Source of the DNA: Antedon mediterranea | Lineage: Eukaryota > Animalia > Echinodermata | DNA: 64,000 nt | Reading direction: 5' to 3' | NCBI RefSeq assembly: GCF_964355755.1 | Contig: NC_092672.1 | Coordinates: 21,465,237 to 21,529,236 of the forward strand | Part shown: positions 39,650 to 52,483 of the stretch, piece after piece | Numbering within the stretch: position 1 is the first letter of the stretch | Layout of the letters: every line of letters begins with the position of its first letter | Made by a program: the position numbers and the translations under genes | Notes under the pieces: generated by a model | Databases searched by the model: none | What the model was told of the DNA's origin: nothing | What the model saw: the letters and a program-made list of their open reading frames with translations, nothing else

Positions 39650-40490
39650 CTGTACTAATGTTGTTGCACCATCTGGTAAACAAGCATAATCTCTATACTC
39701 AAATGTTTCTTTAAAATTTTTTGAGCTGGGTCTTTCAGCTTTTACGGTTTTTAATATTCTATCCATGTTTTTTATTTTAACCCTAAACTTGTAACTGTTC
39801 ATGATTTTAATCAACTCCAACAGTGTATTTTCGTTTTTGAACCAAAAAACTCCCTTCTCATTTTTCTTATCCAAATTTCTTAAATTTTCTTAACAAACTC
39901 AGAAATCCACTCTTACAATACTAGGGCCTCATATGCCCTTCATCTTCCTTTAACTAAACTTACTTTAATTCAACACAATGTCCGATAAGTGGCACTAAAT
40001 TATTTAATGCACTTCCTTAAGAAATTGTTTTTCTGTAAAAGTAAAAATCTACCTTTTATCAAATTACTAGTATATTTTAAATGATTATTGTCGACCGTTT
40101 TTCGTCTCCTCTGCCCCATGGCTACTAAATTACAATAATTCATTTATATCGTTCATTGTTTTTATGCTTCCTGTTTTTTTTTTTTTTTTTGTGTCTTTTG
40201 TTCTGTCTTTTTGTTTTTACATTTATTGTACCTGACTTTCCCGCCACAAGTGTCAATTGGAGTAATCCAATTGATGTATAACTTGTAGTGCTTTAGCCTC
40301 TTCTTTTTAGCATTTTTTACATTTATTGTACCTGGCTTGCCCGCCACAAGTGTCAATTGGAGTAATCCAATTGATGTATAACTGATATGTTTATTTTTTT
40401 AAGCAGAAGTATATTTATTATTTATTTTTGTCAAATGTTAACGTTTTATTTGAAAGAAGAAGTATAAATGTTACTTGAAATGAAATGAAT
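39650..40490 (+). mobile_element. Decayed L2-type LINE 3' fragment with a duplicated 3' UTR hairpin
   Basis: HSYNTR..HLPLTKL..GTKLFNALP near 39908-40016. A 69-bp block containing TCAATTGGAGTAATCCAATTGA is repeated at 40215 and 40315. TGAAA-type tail at ~40476. Confidence 0.55.
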
Positions 40491-43123
40491 TTATAAATTA
40501 CTATTAACTATTAAGGAAGAAAACAAATCAAATAGTTTATTTATATCAATGATATTGCAAAATTATTTATAGAGGAGTATGAAAAAAATTATTTATGTGT
40601 TATTATTAACTTCTTTAAATTGTATTAATCTATTAATCAATTTTTCCTGTTGTAATCTTTTGTGGTCATTTTTAGATTTTATTTTGCATATGTTTTATGC
40701 ACACATTATGTTTGTGAACAAGCTCCATTACAAAAATGATTTTATTATTATTATTATATCATAACTTATATTATCAAGGTTCTTTTATTTTTGAATGAAT
40801 CCCAAAAGTTTGAGATCTGTCAGTCTGTAATAGTGTAAAGCTGGGGTTAAGACAGAACTAAAATCATCTGGATAGGAAATAGGGTAGTATAAACTCTTGA
40901 GATGGTGACAAATGTTTTGTAGAGCAAAGTTTTTAATGGAATTTTTATTTTATGACCCCCCCCCCACCCCCAACTATAAAAGTTTTAGATTACATCGTTC
41001 CTCTTGAGTTTATTTTGTAGTATAAATGAAGCATGGCCTCCTGAGCTCAATTTGATTCTTTCAAAGTTAAAATGATATATATACTAAAAGGAAAATAATG
41101 TGTTACTAAAGTCACGTATCCATGGTGATTGTGATGACAGGCCCAGCCTCTATACTATACCTGATATTACGATACTATCTGAATTAAATATTCAGCCAGT
41201 GTGCAAAAACTTCTGGATACTATAGTTGATTATCAATGACTTAAACAATTTAGCATTCCTATAATGCTAACGCCTTTTTCATGTTTATATTATATAATGC
41301 TTTTTTTTATAATTATAACTGTTTTTAATGTTTTATATACACATTATTATATGAATAAAAGGGTTAAATAATAAACGAAAAAGGAAAGAAAAAGGGCGAA
41401 TTACATTGGATAATAACAATTTAAACAAATTATAAAGATGTAATATTTAGAACAACAACAAATATTGCAGATTGAATTGTGTCTTGTTGTGAATGAATGA
41501 TTTTTGGTCTTTATTTTGAATATTATATTGATAAAGATATACAACAATGACAAAAAAAGCAGGATTTTATTTGACAACAATGATCAAATAGATTATGAAG
41601 ATTGTAGATTTATGACAACTACTGTATTATATTATACTGATTAACTTGTATTAATCATGTCATTGACAGTGCTAGAACCCTGGTGCATTTAACATCGTGT
41701 ATAAGTATAAAAGCATGAAAGAGTATAAGAGCATGATGTCAATACAGAGAAGAGCTTAGTGGCTTTCTGTAGTTTGCAACGCCCTTTTAATTAATTAGGT
41801 ACGCTGTGTGTTAATAGAGCATTGTCACACTTTGATACAAAAACCAGTCATGATATTATTTTATGCTTACAAAACTGAATTTAGAAAAACATCAAACATA
41901 TATTTATAAATAAAATTGAAAAAAAAAATGAATTAGTAGTTTCTATAATTATAAATTGCTTTCAAAAATTATTTGGGATTTACACTACCCATCTGAATAT
42001 CATACACCTTAATCTGAATACCATATCAACATGAATCAGATCATTTTTATACTGTCCTTTATTAATAATTATAATATTGACAACCATTCTGATGTTTGTT
42101 CATGGTTGTGCAGAGCCATGATAAATACAATTGTCACAGCTTGAATAAGGTGACAGGGAGAAAATTAAATGAAAACTTTCACAATAATATTTCTCTGCTC
42201 AAATGCTGGATTGTAATGAGTTTTTAATAGTAAATGTGTCCATATAATTTAATGTTTGTTAAGTAGCTGGTCTTTTACCACACTGATGTTTAATGTGAAA
42301 TCGTTAAATGTATTCAGAGTGAGATCTGACAATGTAAATTATCTTAATTAAAATCATTTACATTAAAAACTTTCAATTGTATTTATATTATATTTTATTA
42401 ATTTTAAGTGCTGTTTTTAAAATACAATTGCAGTCTACCAAATCATGGAGCTATAAAGCTCAATGAGACTAAACACCATTTACTTGCGATGTACACAGCC
42501 TATTTAATACTTATTTGAAATGCCATTATTAGACATTTTTAATCATTGATTTATTTAGAGAAATTAATAAAACTTCACCAGAAGTTTTAGAATGGTCATA
42601 TCAGTTGTATTTTGATTATTTGTACTACTATAACAATATATGTTCACATTTTGTAGTAATACAATACCAACATGTATAGATAGTATTTACAATACCCATC
42701 TGAATAATTATACTACACCTTAATCTGAATACCTTATCCAATCTGAATACAGTGTTTAAACAGCGAATACTGTTTTGTAATTAATTCATTCCATAAGACC
42801 ATAATTTAACATCAAATAAATAGTCATAAAATTAAATCTTCTTTATTTTAATATATTCCTCTTTTTGTTTTCTTTTGAAAAAAGTTTTAATACACCAAAA
42901 AAAAAACCACACAAATATAAACATCTACCCTGTATACACATGGGGTCAGATCAATTTTTTATTTGACCTATTCGCTTCCCTTCAATATCTACATCCGTCG
43001 CTAGGACAGAATAATCTGGATTTTTTTGTTTTACATTAATCCAAGTTAATCAACTACCACACTTTATTTCAAATAATAACATTTTTTAGCATAATTATTT
43101 TTTTTGTTAAATGGCTGCATAAT

Positions 43124-43430
43124 TAGTTATCCACACCTTGGCGGATAACTCCTTGTGATTGTATAAAATCATCATCAACTTTTTTTTATCTGTATTATTC
43201 TTCTTTTATTCCATATTTCATAACTTTGTAAAGTTTTGTGCACCTCCTACTTTTTAAAAACGCCAGAGTTGCGCAACATGACTTTTGCACGTTTTTATGA
43301 ATTTAAATGATTGATCATAGATTAAAAACCAAACGTCATTTTGTATTGACACTTTTTAAATTTAAGTCATATCAAGAGTAACTTTCTGTGGATTGAAAAT
43401 GCCATGCTTCACACAAAGTTACGCGCACAA
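43124..43430 (+). mobile_element. HINE 5' fragment, same family as 13341-17773, opposite orientation
   Basis: GTTATCCACACCTTGGCGGATAACTCCTTGTGATTGT followed by TGATTGATCATAGATT..GTCATTTTGTATTGACAC, the reverse complement of the upstream copies. Confidence 0.75.
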
Positions 43431-43989
43431 GATTTTTTCTTACAACCAACACCTGCAATTGCTGTAACTAATAATGCGTATTTTCATTAAAAGCCTTAAA
43501 AGAATTGAAAAGTCAATTAAACCATATCAAATTTTATTTTAATGATTTTAGTGATTTTGATTTTAAACGTATTATGGCTACCCTTACAGTACATGATGGC
43601 ATTGTTAACCCTATTTCACATTGACCATTCTTATTATTTTAAATGCATAATTATGGCTACTCATACATGCTGATTGCATTCTTAACCCTATTTCACATTG
43701 ACTATTCTTTTTATTGTTCAAGTTACTAAATGTTTTAGTTTACTTAATTCACTTCCCACAACCTTAATCAATAATCACCTTGACAAATTTCAATATAATT
43801 TACCTCCTGGTTCATCCTGTTTTTCATCACTGTTTTCCTCCTTGTACTCTATTTGCACAAACATACTTTGCCTATTATATTATTCTTAATAGTTGTTGTT
43901 TACAATAGTGATGTAAGCATTAATTTTGAAAATTTCTGTAATTTCGCGTGGAAGTAATCATATTTATCTTAATTTATGTCATGTTCATC

Positions 43990-44995
43990 CCACCAAAATC
44001 TGATGATGAAAACAGTTACCATGAAATTAGTACTTATGTAGAAACAAGGCTATATAAAAAAAAGGATAGATTCAGGGTTTAACAAAATATATGACATAAT
44101 CAATTCTAACCGGCTGAAAACATCTATTGAAATCCTCCATACATTATGTAGAAGAGCTGACTATTGCAATATGCTTTATTAGTTGATGCCATTCCAAAAG
44201 ATTGTATAAGTATAATTAAGAATCATAACAACAATATGTCTGTACATATTAAGGATGAATGTATTATAACAATTAAATAACACATAACACATAACAGCAA
44301 AATGTATACTCATGCTTTAAATCAAAAGCTATTACTTCTCGTGTTTTAAACAAATGGAATGTTGCTCTCAACGCCCAAAACATAAATCCGATAAAGAAGG
44401 TGAAAAATGAAAAAATATACTAAATTATAAACCATTACATAAAATTGTTCCAACTAACTTACAGCTGTATCTGGAAATTGAAAAAAATGAATGTTATATA
44501 TGTGTTATTGAAAATTAAAAGCATATGTTCTTATATTGTATACATAACAAATTATGCAAAAATATTGATAACATTTTTATAGACAATAGGAGAAGTTCAT
44601 TTAAAGTAGGGCCTACCTCTTTATATTCTTTTAACAATCATAAATCATACAGGTTTGATAATGCATTTTTTCTCATATTTGTATAATTTTCTAACAATTT
44701 GAATAAAATAGGTGTTTATCAAGTCAATACTGTATTCAAATTTAGGAACAGCTTAATCACAAAATAATGGGATCTTTGTGCACTTTGTAATATTAATAAT
44801 TCATTATAATGATGTATTGATACTTTAACACTTCTTTATTGTATCTTGAACTTTGTTGTTATCATTGATACAATAATACATGAATCAGGTGTCAAGTGTC
44901 AACAATTATAGAGCATTCATATTAACAGTTAATGTTGACTGATATGATTTTACTGTACCTTTCATCTCATCTTGAAAATAAAAAAAGTAAATAAA
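43990..44995 (+). mobile_element. Highly decayed L1/Tx1 ORF2 3' fragment
   Basis: IDSGFNKIYDII, LVDAIPKDCISIIK, NYKPLHKIVPTNLQLY and CYIC..KHMFLYC are collinear with the 6651-7532 peptide. Confidence 0.6.
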
Positions 44996-45271
44996 AATTA
45001 ATCAAATATTAAAAATAATACAAATATAAATAAGGCTGATATTGATGATATTGATTGCAATTTGCCTAATGAGGTTTGATGATTAAAATGAGAATTCAGC
45101 AGGGTGAATTTTCAATACAAGATGTAGGCCTACTGTAAGTAATAATAACCTGTCATTCTTTTAAAATACCAAAATAAATTTGCAAATTGATGGTAAATGC
45201 CACTTAAAAGAGTTTATATGAAAGTATTTCTATGACAAAATTGAATTATCATATGCATTTATTATTTTTAG

Positions 45272-45370
45272 AGTGGAAACACACCTCTGATTAAAGCTGC
45301 ATTTAAAGGTTTTCATGAAGTCTGCTTGGTCCTTCTCAATAAGGGAGCTGATGTAAATCACCAAAACAAG
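45272..45370 (+). CDS. Ankyrin-repeat gene, coding exon 4 (one 33-aa ankyrin repeat)
   Basis: TTTTTAG|99 nt|GTACTT encoding SGNTPLIKAAFKGFHEVCLVLLNKGADVNHQNK; phase 0. Confidence 0.95.
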
Positions 45371-45975
45371 GTACTTTCACACATTGTATTTCAAACATTT
45401 TTAAATATAGGTGGCCAGTACAATTAAATTAATAATTTATGTTTTGTCATTGATACTGTGATTGTATTAGGATAATTCAAAGTTAGTACTAGTTCAAAAT
45501 CTAGACTATTAGTATATTTAAATTTGTTTGAAAATGTATACCGCAAATATTTTTTAACATGTGCACAACAAATAGTTTGTTTATTTTGCTTTGTTATCCT
45601 ATCAAATTTTTATTTTCTTTTAAGTTCTGTTATTTATTTGTTAATTTTGTAGCTTAAGTTAGTTAAGATAAAAGGTACCAAGCTTGATTAGCTTCGGCTA
45701 TACCTTGGCTACCTTTTGTATTAAATTGTTTTTTGTTTGATACAATAAAGAAGAAAGAGATTTATTTTGTAAAGAAATTAATCAGAGCCTTATCATTAAG
45801 AGTTTACATTATTTATATATGCAGTATGTTTATTTTCACCAGTCAAAATTGCTAAATTATAGCAGGTATCCTGCTATACTTTATTTGCACAAGTAATTAG
45901 CATTGTTTACATAATAGATTAATCAACGGATAACATGTGTACTACAAGTTTTTTCAGCATATCCTAACTTCATTT

Positions 45976-46090
45976 CCTATTCTCCCAATGTAAAGTTTAG
46001 CAGGCTAAACTCTCACGTAACTCTGGAGAGTTTGCGGACGTAAAGCTCCATCCCTATTCTTCCAATGTAAAGTTTAGCAGGCTAACTCTC
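45976..46090. repeat. ~77-bp tandem duplication
   Basis: CCTATTCT(C/T)CCAATGTAAAGTTTAGCAGGCTAA at ~45976 and ~46053. Confidence 0.7.
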
Positions 46091-49000
46091 CTGACTGAGA
46101 GTTTACAGACGCAGCGCAAAGCTCATTTCATAAAGTTTAGTTTGGCAGGGCAACATGTTACATGATACTGTATTTTAATAATAATTCATTAGAAAATAAT
46201 TAATAGGAAACTTATATTTTAAAGATTTGACCTATACCAATTCAAAATTACAATAATTACTATGTTTTGTTTTAAAGTTAAAATGTGTTTATCGTGGACG
46301 ACGTGTGAATATGTTTTTGACCCGGGCTTCCTTGTCCTTTGTCACTAATAATAGAGGCATATTTGCATAGTTTAAAATAAATACGCAATAAAATTCATAT
46401 AAATAAAAATTATATTATATAATATATATTTTATATTATTATATATTAAAATGTATTTTATCTATTATTAAAATATTTCAAAAATAAGCTCAGATGCCGG
46501 TGGTGAGCAAAATATGCGCACTAAAAATAACTTTGGAAAACACCCACCCTAGTTTCAAAACATGATCGCATGTCACGAGGTTAAAATAAACGCTGTGGTT
46601 AGGATTCCGACACCGGAACTCAACTGTCTACCGTTAGGGAATCCGACACGCTATTGCGCATGCCCAGAGCTCTGGGAAGTGAATTATACCTTGTGCCACA
46701 CACCACACTACCACTGCTGCATGCTGAGAGTCGGAGTGTTAGGATTTACTGTAGCCTAATTAGTCGTTGCGCGAGCAAGAGAGCGATGGATGAAACTTGA
46801 CGTAAGCCATACATGAATTAATAATTAAAATACGACTACGTCACGCCTTAAAATAATTATTATGATATTATAATAAGAATCAGTATCTATCTACCGTGGG
46901 AATCGTAATGCTGTAGTAGCGTTGCGACCCCGACTTCCCGAACAGTTTTTTCACATCCACGCGGTGGCTGCCGTCAACAAATTAACTTGTGATTGCATGT
47001 TATCAAAGATAGTGTAGTAGGAAGATGTTACACTTCCTATTCGTTCAATGCAAATAAAAGCGAGACAACATGGAGCTAAATTTAAAGGGCGCCTCGCACG
47101 TCGAGTAGGGATACGGAAGGTTATTGTGGAAATAGGCTATTATAACAGAAGAATAATATGACTGTAAAATTAAGATTTAATACGAATTAACATATACAAT
47201 GTACTGTTATCTTTATAGAAAGTGCAAATGAATAATATTTTTATGTTTTGGAATACAAATTTGTGTTTCAATTACCTGGAATTGTTTAGGTACCTGGAAT
47301 TTCTACCATATTTTATTTCTTTTATTTTAATGTTTTTATTTGCAAATCAACTGAACTTTTTAAAAATTATTATTTACATTTAATTGTTTATCATTGGACA
47401 GAGATTGAGAATTTAATACCTAGCTTTAGAAACACTTCTTCATCAGAGTGAATAAATATATTAGGGGGCCTACTAGTGGTAATAATAATAGGCCTACAAT
47501 GTGTATGCCTATATAATAATCGATTACGTATGGTTTATTTCTAAATCGGTAATACAAGAGAATAGTAGTATGGCTTGTAATCAATCAATCAATCTTTATT
47601 GTAATAAATAATATTATACAAATAGTCGTCTATAAAAGGGGAAACATATACAATGAATACGGTACCAGCAGGTCGCAACATTCAATAATAAGAATTTAGG
47701 ACTACGGGTAATAAGTATTGTTAATTATCTATTAATTTTAATAATTTAATAATAACTAATAATTATTATATTATGCTTGTAACACTCCGAACTTTCGTGC
47801 ATTCATCGTAATTTGCCATGATTATGTAATGCCTAACATTATCGATAATATTAATTATAAGCCGATGAGTTCATTAATATTGGTAAGGTATATCAAAGAA
47901 AAAAATATCCGTGGGGAGGCCTACTTTACCCCCTTATACTACCCTTACAAAAAATGTTCTATAGAATCTATATATAGAAGTTTTAGAATTCTATATAATT
48001 CTATAGAAACAGATAATTTCTACCTACCCCTAGAGTTTTTAGAAATTGCTGTATAGAAAAGAATTGCTATCATTTATTCATAAATCATATATTGTTTGCC
48101 AAACAATACTTATACTGTAAAATTTGCATTATGACTTCAGACTTGACTGGGGTTTACCAAGATGAGGAAGAGTTTTTATGGGTACGGGTTGGTTTGGGTA
48201 CGAGATGACCAGCATCCATTCATGATTGCGTCTACAGGCGCGCGTGAGCCTCCTCCTGATCCTAGCTCAGTGTTTACAGTCATGTCATTCCAAAACTCAC
48301 TCCAAATAAATGTATTAACAATTAAAAAGATCCAAAAACAGTATGAAAACATCATATTAATTTTTAACTTTGTATAATAAAGAAAAAAAAAGAAGTTTGA
48401 TGTTTTTTGTGGTTTATTTTTACAATTTATTGCCGAAAACACCATTTTCGTTGGGGATTTGCGCTCCTCATCTTTCAGATTCGTCTATCCCTACTCGTCG
48501 TGAGAGGCGCCCTATCTCGAGCGGTTCTCTAATTTTTGAGCGAATTGATTATTTTGCGGTTAGGTCTAGGGATGGCCTAAGCCTCTCCCAATTTTATTCA
48601 TGGGCCTGGCTGTCCATAGTCAGTCCTGATTGTTTTTAAAAACATGGTAACAGACCTACCTACTGGCCTAGATTTAGCAAATCAAAAGACATGTCTTTTT
48701 GTTTTACCCTTTCTTTACACCACCAGTACATTTACACCACCAGTACATTTACACATAAATTTACTGATAATGATATCATCTATTATATCCTGTATAATGG
48801 TTTTCACCCATATGCCTATTCTTTTCAAAGGAGTCTAAAATTAACAATAGGTCTGTAGTTCATTTCCTTTAATGTTTATTGGATTCTGTTCTTTGTTCAT
48901 TATATTGTCTATCTTCAAAATTAGCAGGCACAGAATAATAAAAACACATTCAAGTGAAAATTGTAATTATATCAGGTGCTTAATTAATATTTTGATTAAT

Positions 49001-49144
49001 TTTCAACATTTGTCCAATTGTCCAATTGAAATGCGTTGTTTTGTCAAATAAGTTGACTCCAGTATGTTTCCTTGTACTAATAGGCCTATTATTAAATAAT
49101 ATTTATTTATTTTACTTACTCTGGAAGCACCTTCATTCAAGAAG

Positions 49145-50559
49145 TACGAAAGCCCATTAATGCCATTTTAAGTATATGTTTTTCGAACGTAATCCGTTAT
49201 AACGAATTAGTAATTCGTTTGAACGGATTAATAATTCGTTAGAACGGATTAATAATCTGTTAATTACTAATTTGTTTAAACGGATTACTAATTTGTTCAA
49301 ACGGATTACTAATCCGTTCAAACGAATTACTAATTTGTTTAAACGGATTACTAATTCGTTCAAACGAATTACTAATTTGTTTAAACGGATTACTAATTCG
49401 TTCAAACGAATTACTAATTTGTTTAAACGGATTAGTAATCCGTTCAAACGAATTACTAATTCATTCAAACGAATTAGTAATCCGTTTAAACGAATTAATA
49501 ATTTGTTTAAACAAATTAATAATTTGTTTAAACGGATTATTAATCTGTTTGAACAAATTAGTAATTCGTTTGAACGAATTAGTAATCCGTTTAAACAAAT
49601 TATTAATTTGTTTAAACAAATTAATAATTTGTTCAAACGGATTACTAATTCGTTAGAACGAATTAGTAATTCGTTTGAACAAATTAGTAATCCGTTTAAA
49701 CAAATTACTAATCCGTTTGAACGGATTCCTAATTCGTTTTAACAGATTATTAATCTGTTTAAACAAATTAGTAATTCGTTTGAACAGATTAGTAATCCGT
49801 TCAAACGAATTACAACATATTCTTTAAATGGCACTTGTTGTATATGTTGCAATTGGTTTGAACGGATTACTAATTCGTTTGAACAGATTACTAATCCGTT
49901 CAAACGAATTACTAATTTGTTTAAACAGATTAATAATCTGTTCAAACGAATTAGGAATCCGTCCAAACGGATTAGTAATTTGTTTAAACGGATTACTAAT
50001 CTGTTTAAACGAATTACTAATTCGTTTAAACGAATTAGTAATCCGTTTAAACAAATTATTAATTTGTTTAAACAAATTACTAATTTGTTTAAACGGATTA
50101 CTAATTCGTTCAAACGAATTACTAATTCGTTCAAACAGATTAGTAATCCGTTTAAACAAATTATTAATTTGTTTAAACAAATTATTAATTTGTTTAAACG
50201 GATTACTAATTCGTTTGAACGAATTAGTAATCCGTTTAAACAAATTATTAATTCGTTTAAACAAATTAGTAATCCGTTTAAACAAATTAGTAATTCGTTT
50301 GAACGAATTAGTAATTCGTTTGAACAAATTAGTAATCCGTTTAAACAAATTAGTAATTCGTTTGAACGGATTAGTAATCCGTTTAAACGAATTACAACAT
50401 ATACTTTAAATGGCACTTGTTGTATATGTTGCAATTCGTTTGAACGGATTACTAATTCGTTTGAACAGATTATTAATCCGTTCAAACGAATTACTAATTC
50501 GTTAGAACGGATTACATTCGAAAAACATATACTTAAAATGGCATTAATGGGCTTTCGTA
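49145..50559. mobile_element. IS3EU-like non-autonomous DNA transposon filled with a 21-bp palindromic repeat
   Basis: TIRs of more than 40 bp start TACGAAAGCCCATTAATGCCATTTTAAGTATATG. The 6-bp TSD AAGAAG lies at 49139-49144 and 50560-50565. TAY..RTA termini with a 6-bp TSD fit the IS3EU superfamily. Confidence 0.8.
49188..50515. repeat. 21-bp palindromic tandem repeat (TAATTCGTTTAAACGAATTA-N)
   Basis: Dozens of variant units, each a 20-bp near-palindrome plus one spacer base. Confidence 0.95.
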
Positions 50560-52412
50560 AAGAAGTGTGCCACTGTTTCTAAAGTGTAGCTTCCAAATAA
50601 ATTATTATATTATATGTAAAAAAAGTGGAGTAAAGTTACTTTAGGTAACTAATTATAAAAGGCATTCATTTTAAATGTGTTATAATTATAGCTAATTCTT
50701 TATCTTGTTATTTACTTTATTAATATTAAAAATAAACTTCCAACAGCAAGGAGTTATTTAATTACTTATGTGTACACATTCAGAATACCATAGATATATT
50801 ATAGTGAAAATATCTCTATGAGAATCTCTACCAACTTCATACTAGCCAGCAAGTTTGGAATAGCCAACATGCATTTGAGAAGTGGGGTGTGTGTAATAAT
50901 TAGAATAGCCACAAGGATATCTCAGAAAAATTAGATATTTTATCATAACTTTTTAACTACTGGACAGATTTTTTTGAAAAAAAATCTATAATAATTCTTA
51001 AAATAATGCAAGACTATAGCAATCATGCTTAATAACGAAAAAGTTATTGTGAATATTACTGAAATTGTGTTCAGACAGAATGAGTTTATATCACACTTCC
51101 TGTTCACCAAGATAAATTAAACAGATAAGATTGTAATCCTTTTTTTTCCACTTTGACTGGTGACTCTACTTGTAATGATTGTTTATTCTTACTATAGGCG
51201 CGCCTATGCCTGAACCTATTACGGTTATGGTATGCACTAAATATGTCCATCATTATGGGATTAAATATTATCCTTATTTAGGCTATTTATTAAATAATAA
51301 TATATTACGAACTGAGGCCTACTATATAGTAGGCCTATGTGTAGCCACAAATTGTTAAACGATATATAATTTAGTCCTACAATTTCACTGAACTCTAAGT
51401 ATGTGATCGTAAAAATCATATATTTTATGATATTAATATCATAAATAATTTAATTATACAAAATCAGACAAAAATAGAAGAATTTTAGTTTTGCTAAACG
51501 GTCATAATATAGACTGAAACATAAATTGAATGTCATATACAGTAATAAAAATAAGAAATTGTGTCGTTGGAATTCTAATATACGTATATTTTTGAATATT
51601 CATGAGAACAAATTATATAATTTTTTTCATGCGCGCACTAAAATATGATTTTAAAATAAGTTGGAGTCTTTAATATGCTACAAAATGCACTAGGGTTATT
51701 AAATTATAAAGTTGCTTAAACGGTAAAATTTCGATTTACCAAATGATACGTCTATGGCTTGATAAAAAATATGATTAATTTGTTAGCTGGTATAAAAACT
51801 GCGATATCTCCGTGAAAATTTACTCGATTTTTAAACGGTTTTTTCGAGAAAAAAGCTCAAAGAACAATGAACAACTGCACAAAGGTCATGCTTCACTATG
51901 ATGTATTAGAAACTACTGCGCAGCCTCTGTTTACTTTTACTGAAAAAATGGTTTACAAATTGATAACTGTATTTCAAATGAAGACTATGTTATTGTTACA
52001 TGCAAAAAAGCACTGAATTCAAGACTGACATTTTTGTACAGGCAGACTAACTTCTTAGACATACAAAGTAGACACTTTTATGCTCTGCAATAATTCAATG
52101 TGTTTTCGACTACTGTATGCTACATCAGTCTGGTATTCTGGTATAACTTCACTCCTCAAAATAAACTGTAACCCTAAATAAAATTGTACAGTTTTTTCTT
52201 ATCACCCACTAACAATCAACCACTAATGAAACAATTTCATTAACCACTAACGTAATAACAGTAGAAAATGTGGGTTATTATGGAAATATTCTGGAATTTT
52301 TGTCGAGAAAACATTTTCGAATTTGTTGAACTTCAGTTTTAATCCTATGTGTGTTCTCTATGTTTTTCTTCTCCAAGACAAATATGTTACTTCATTTTTC
52401 ACATGTACAGTA

Positions 52413-52479
52413 TGTCTAGTGGTATGATTCTCGCTTGGGGTGCGAGAGGTCCCGGGTTCAATTCCCGGACGAGCCCCCA
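52413..52479 (+). pseudogene. Reverse-transcribed copy of mature tRNA-Pro (positions 9 to CCA), an extended PBS
   Basis: Matches eukaryotic tRNA-Pro from the D-stem to GAGCCC, followed by CCA (52477-52479). The 5' acceptor strand is absent. Anticodon GGG at 52437-52439. Confidence 0.9.
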
Positions 52480-52483
52480 TAAA

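Noticed and set aside
46560-47795. CCGACAC/GTCGGAGTGTT motifs suggesting a TIR element
   Set aside because: The inverted match is only ~11 bp and no TSD could be identified.
49157-50582. Six long ORFs with heptad repeats (FKRITNL / LIRLNEL)
   Set aside because: Artefact of a 21-bp palindromic repeat that is open on both strands inside TIRs; no evidence of a real protein.
52405-52476. Functional tRNA-Pro(GGG) gene
   Set aside because: The 5' acceptor strand is missing, CCA is encoded, there is no adjacent oligo-T terminator, and it is fused to an LTR end.
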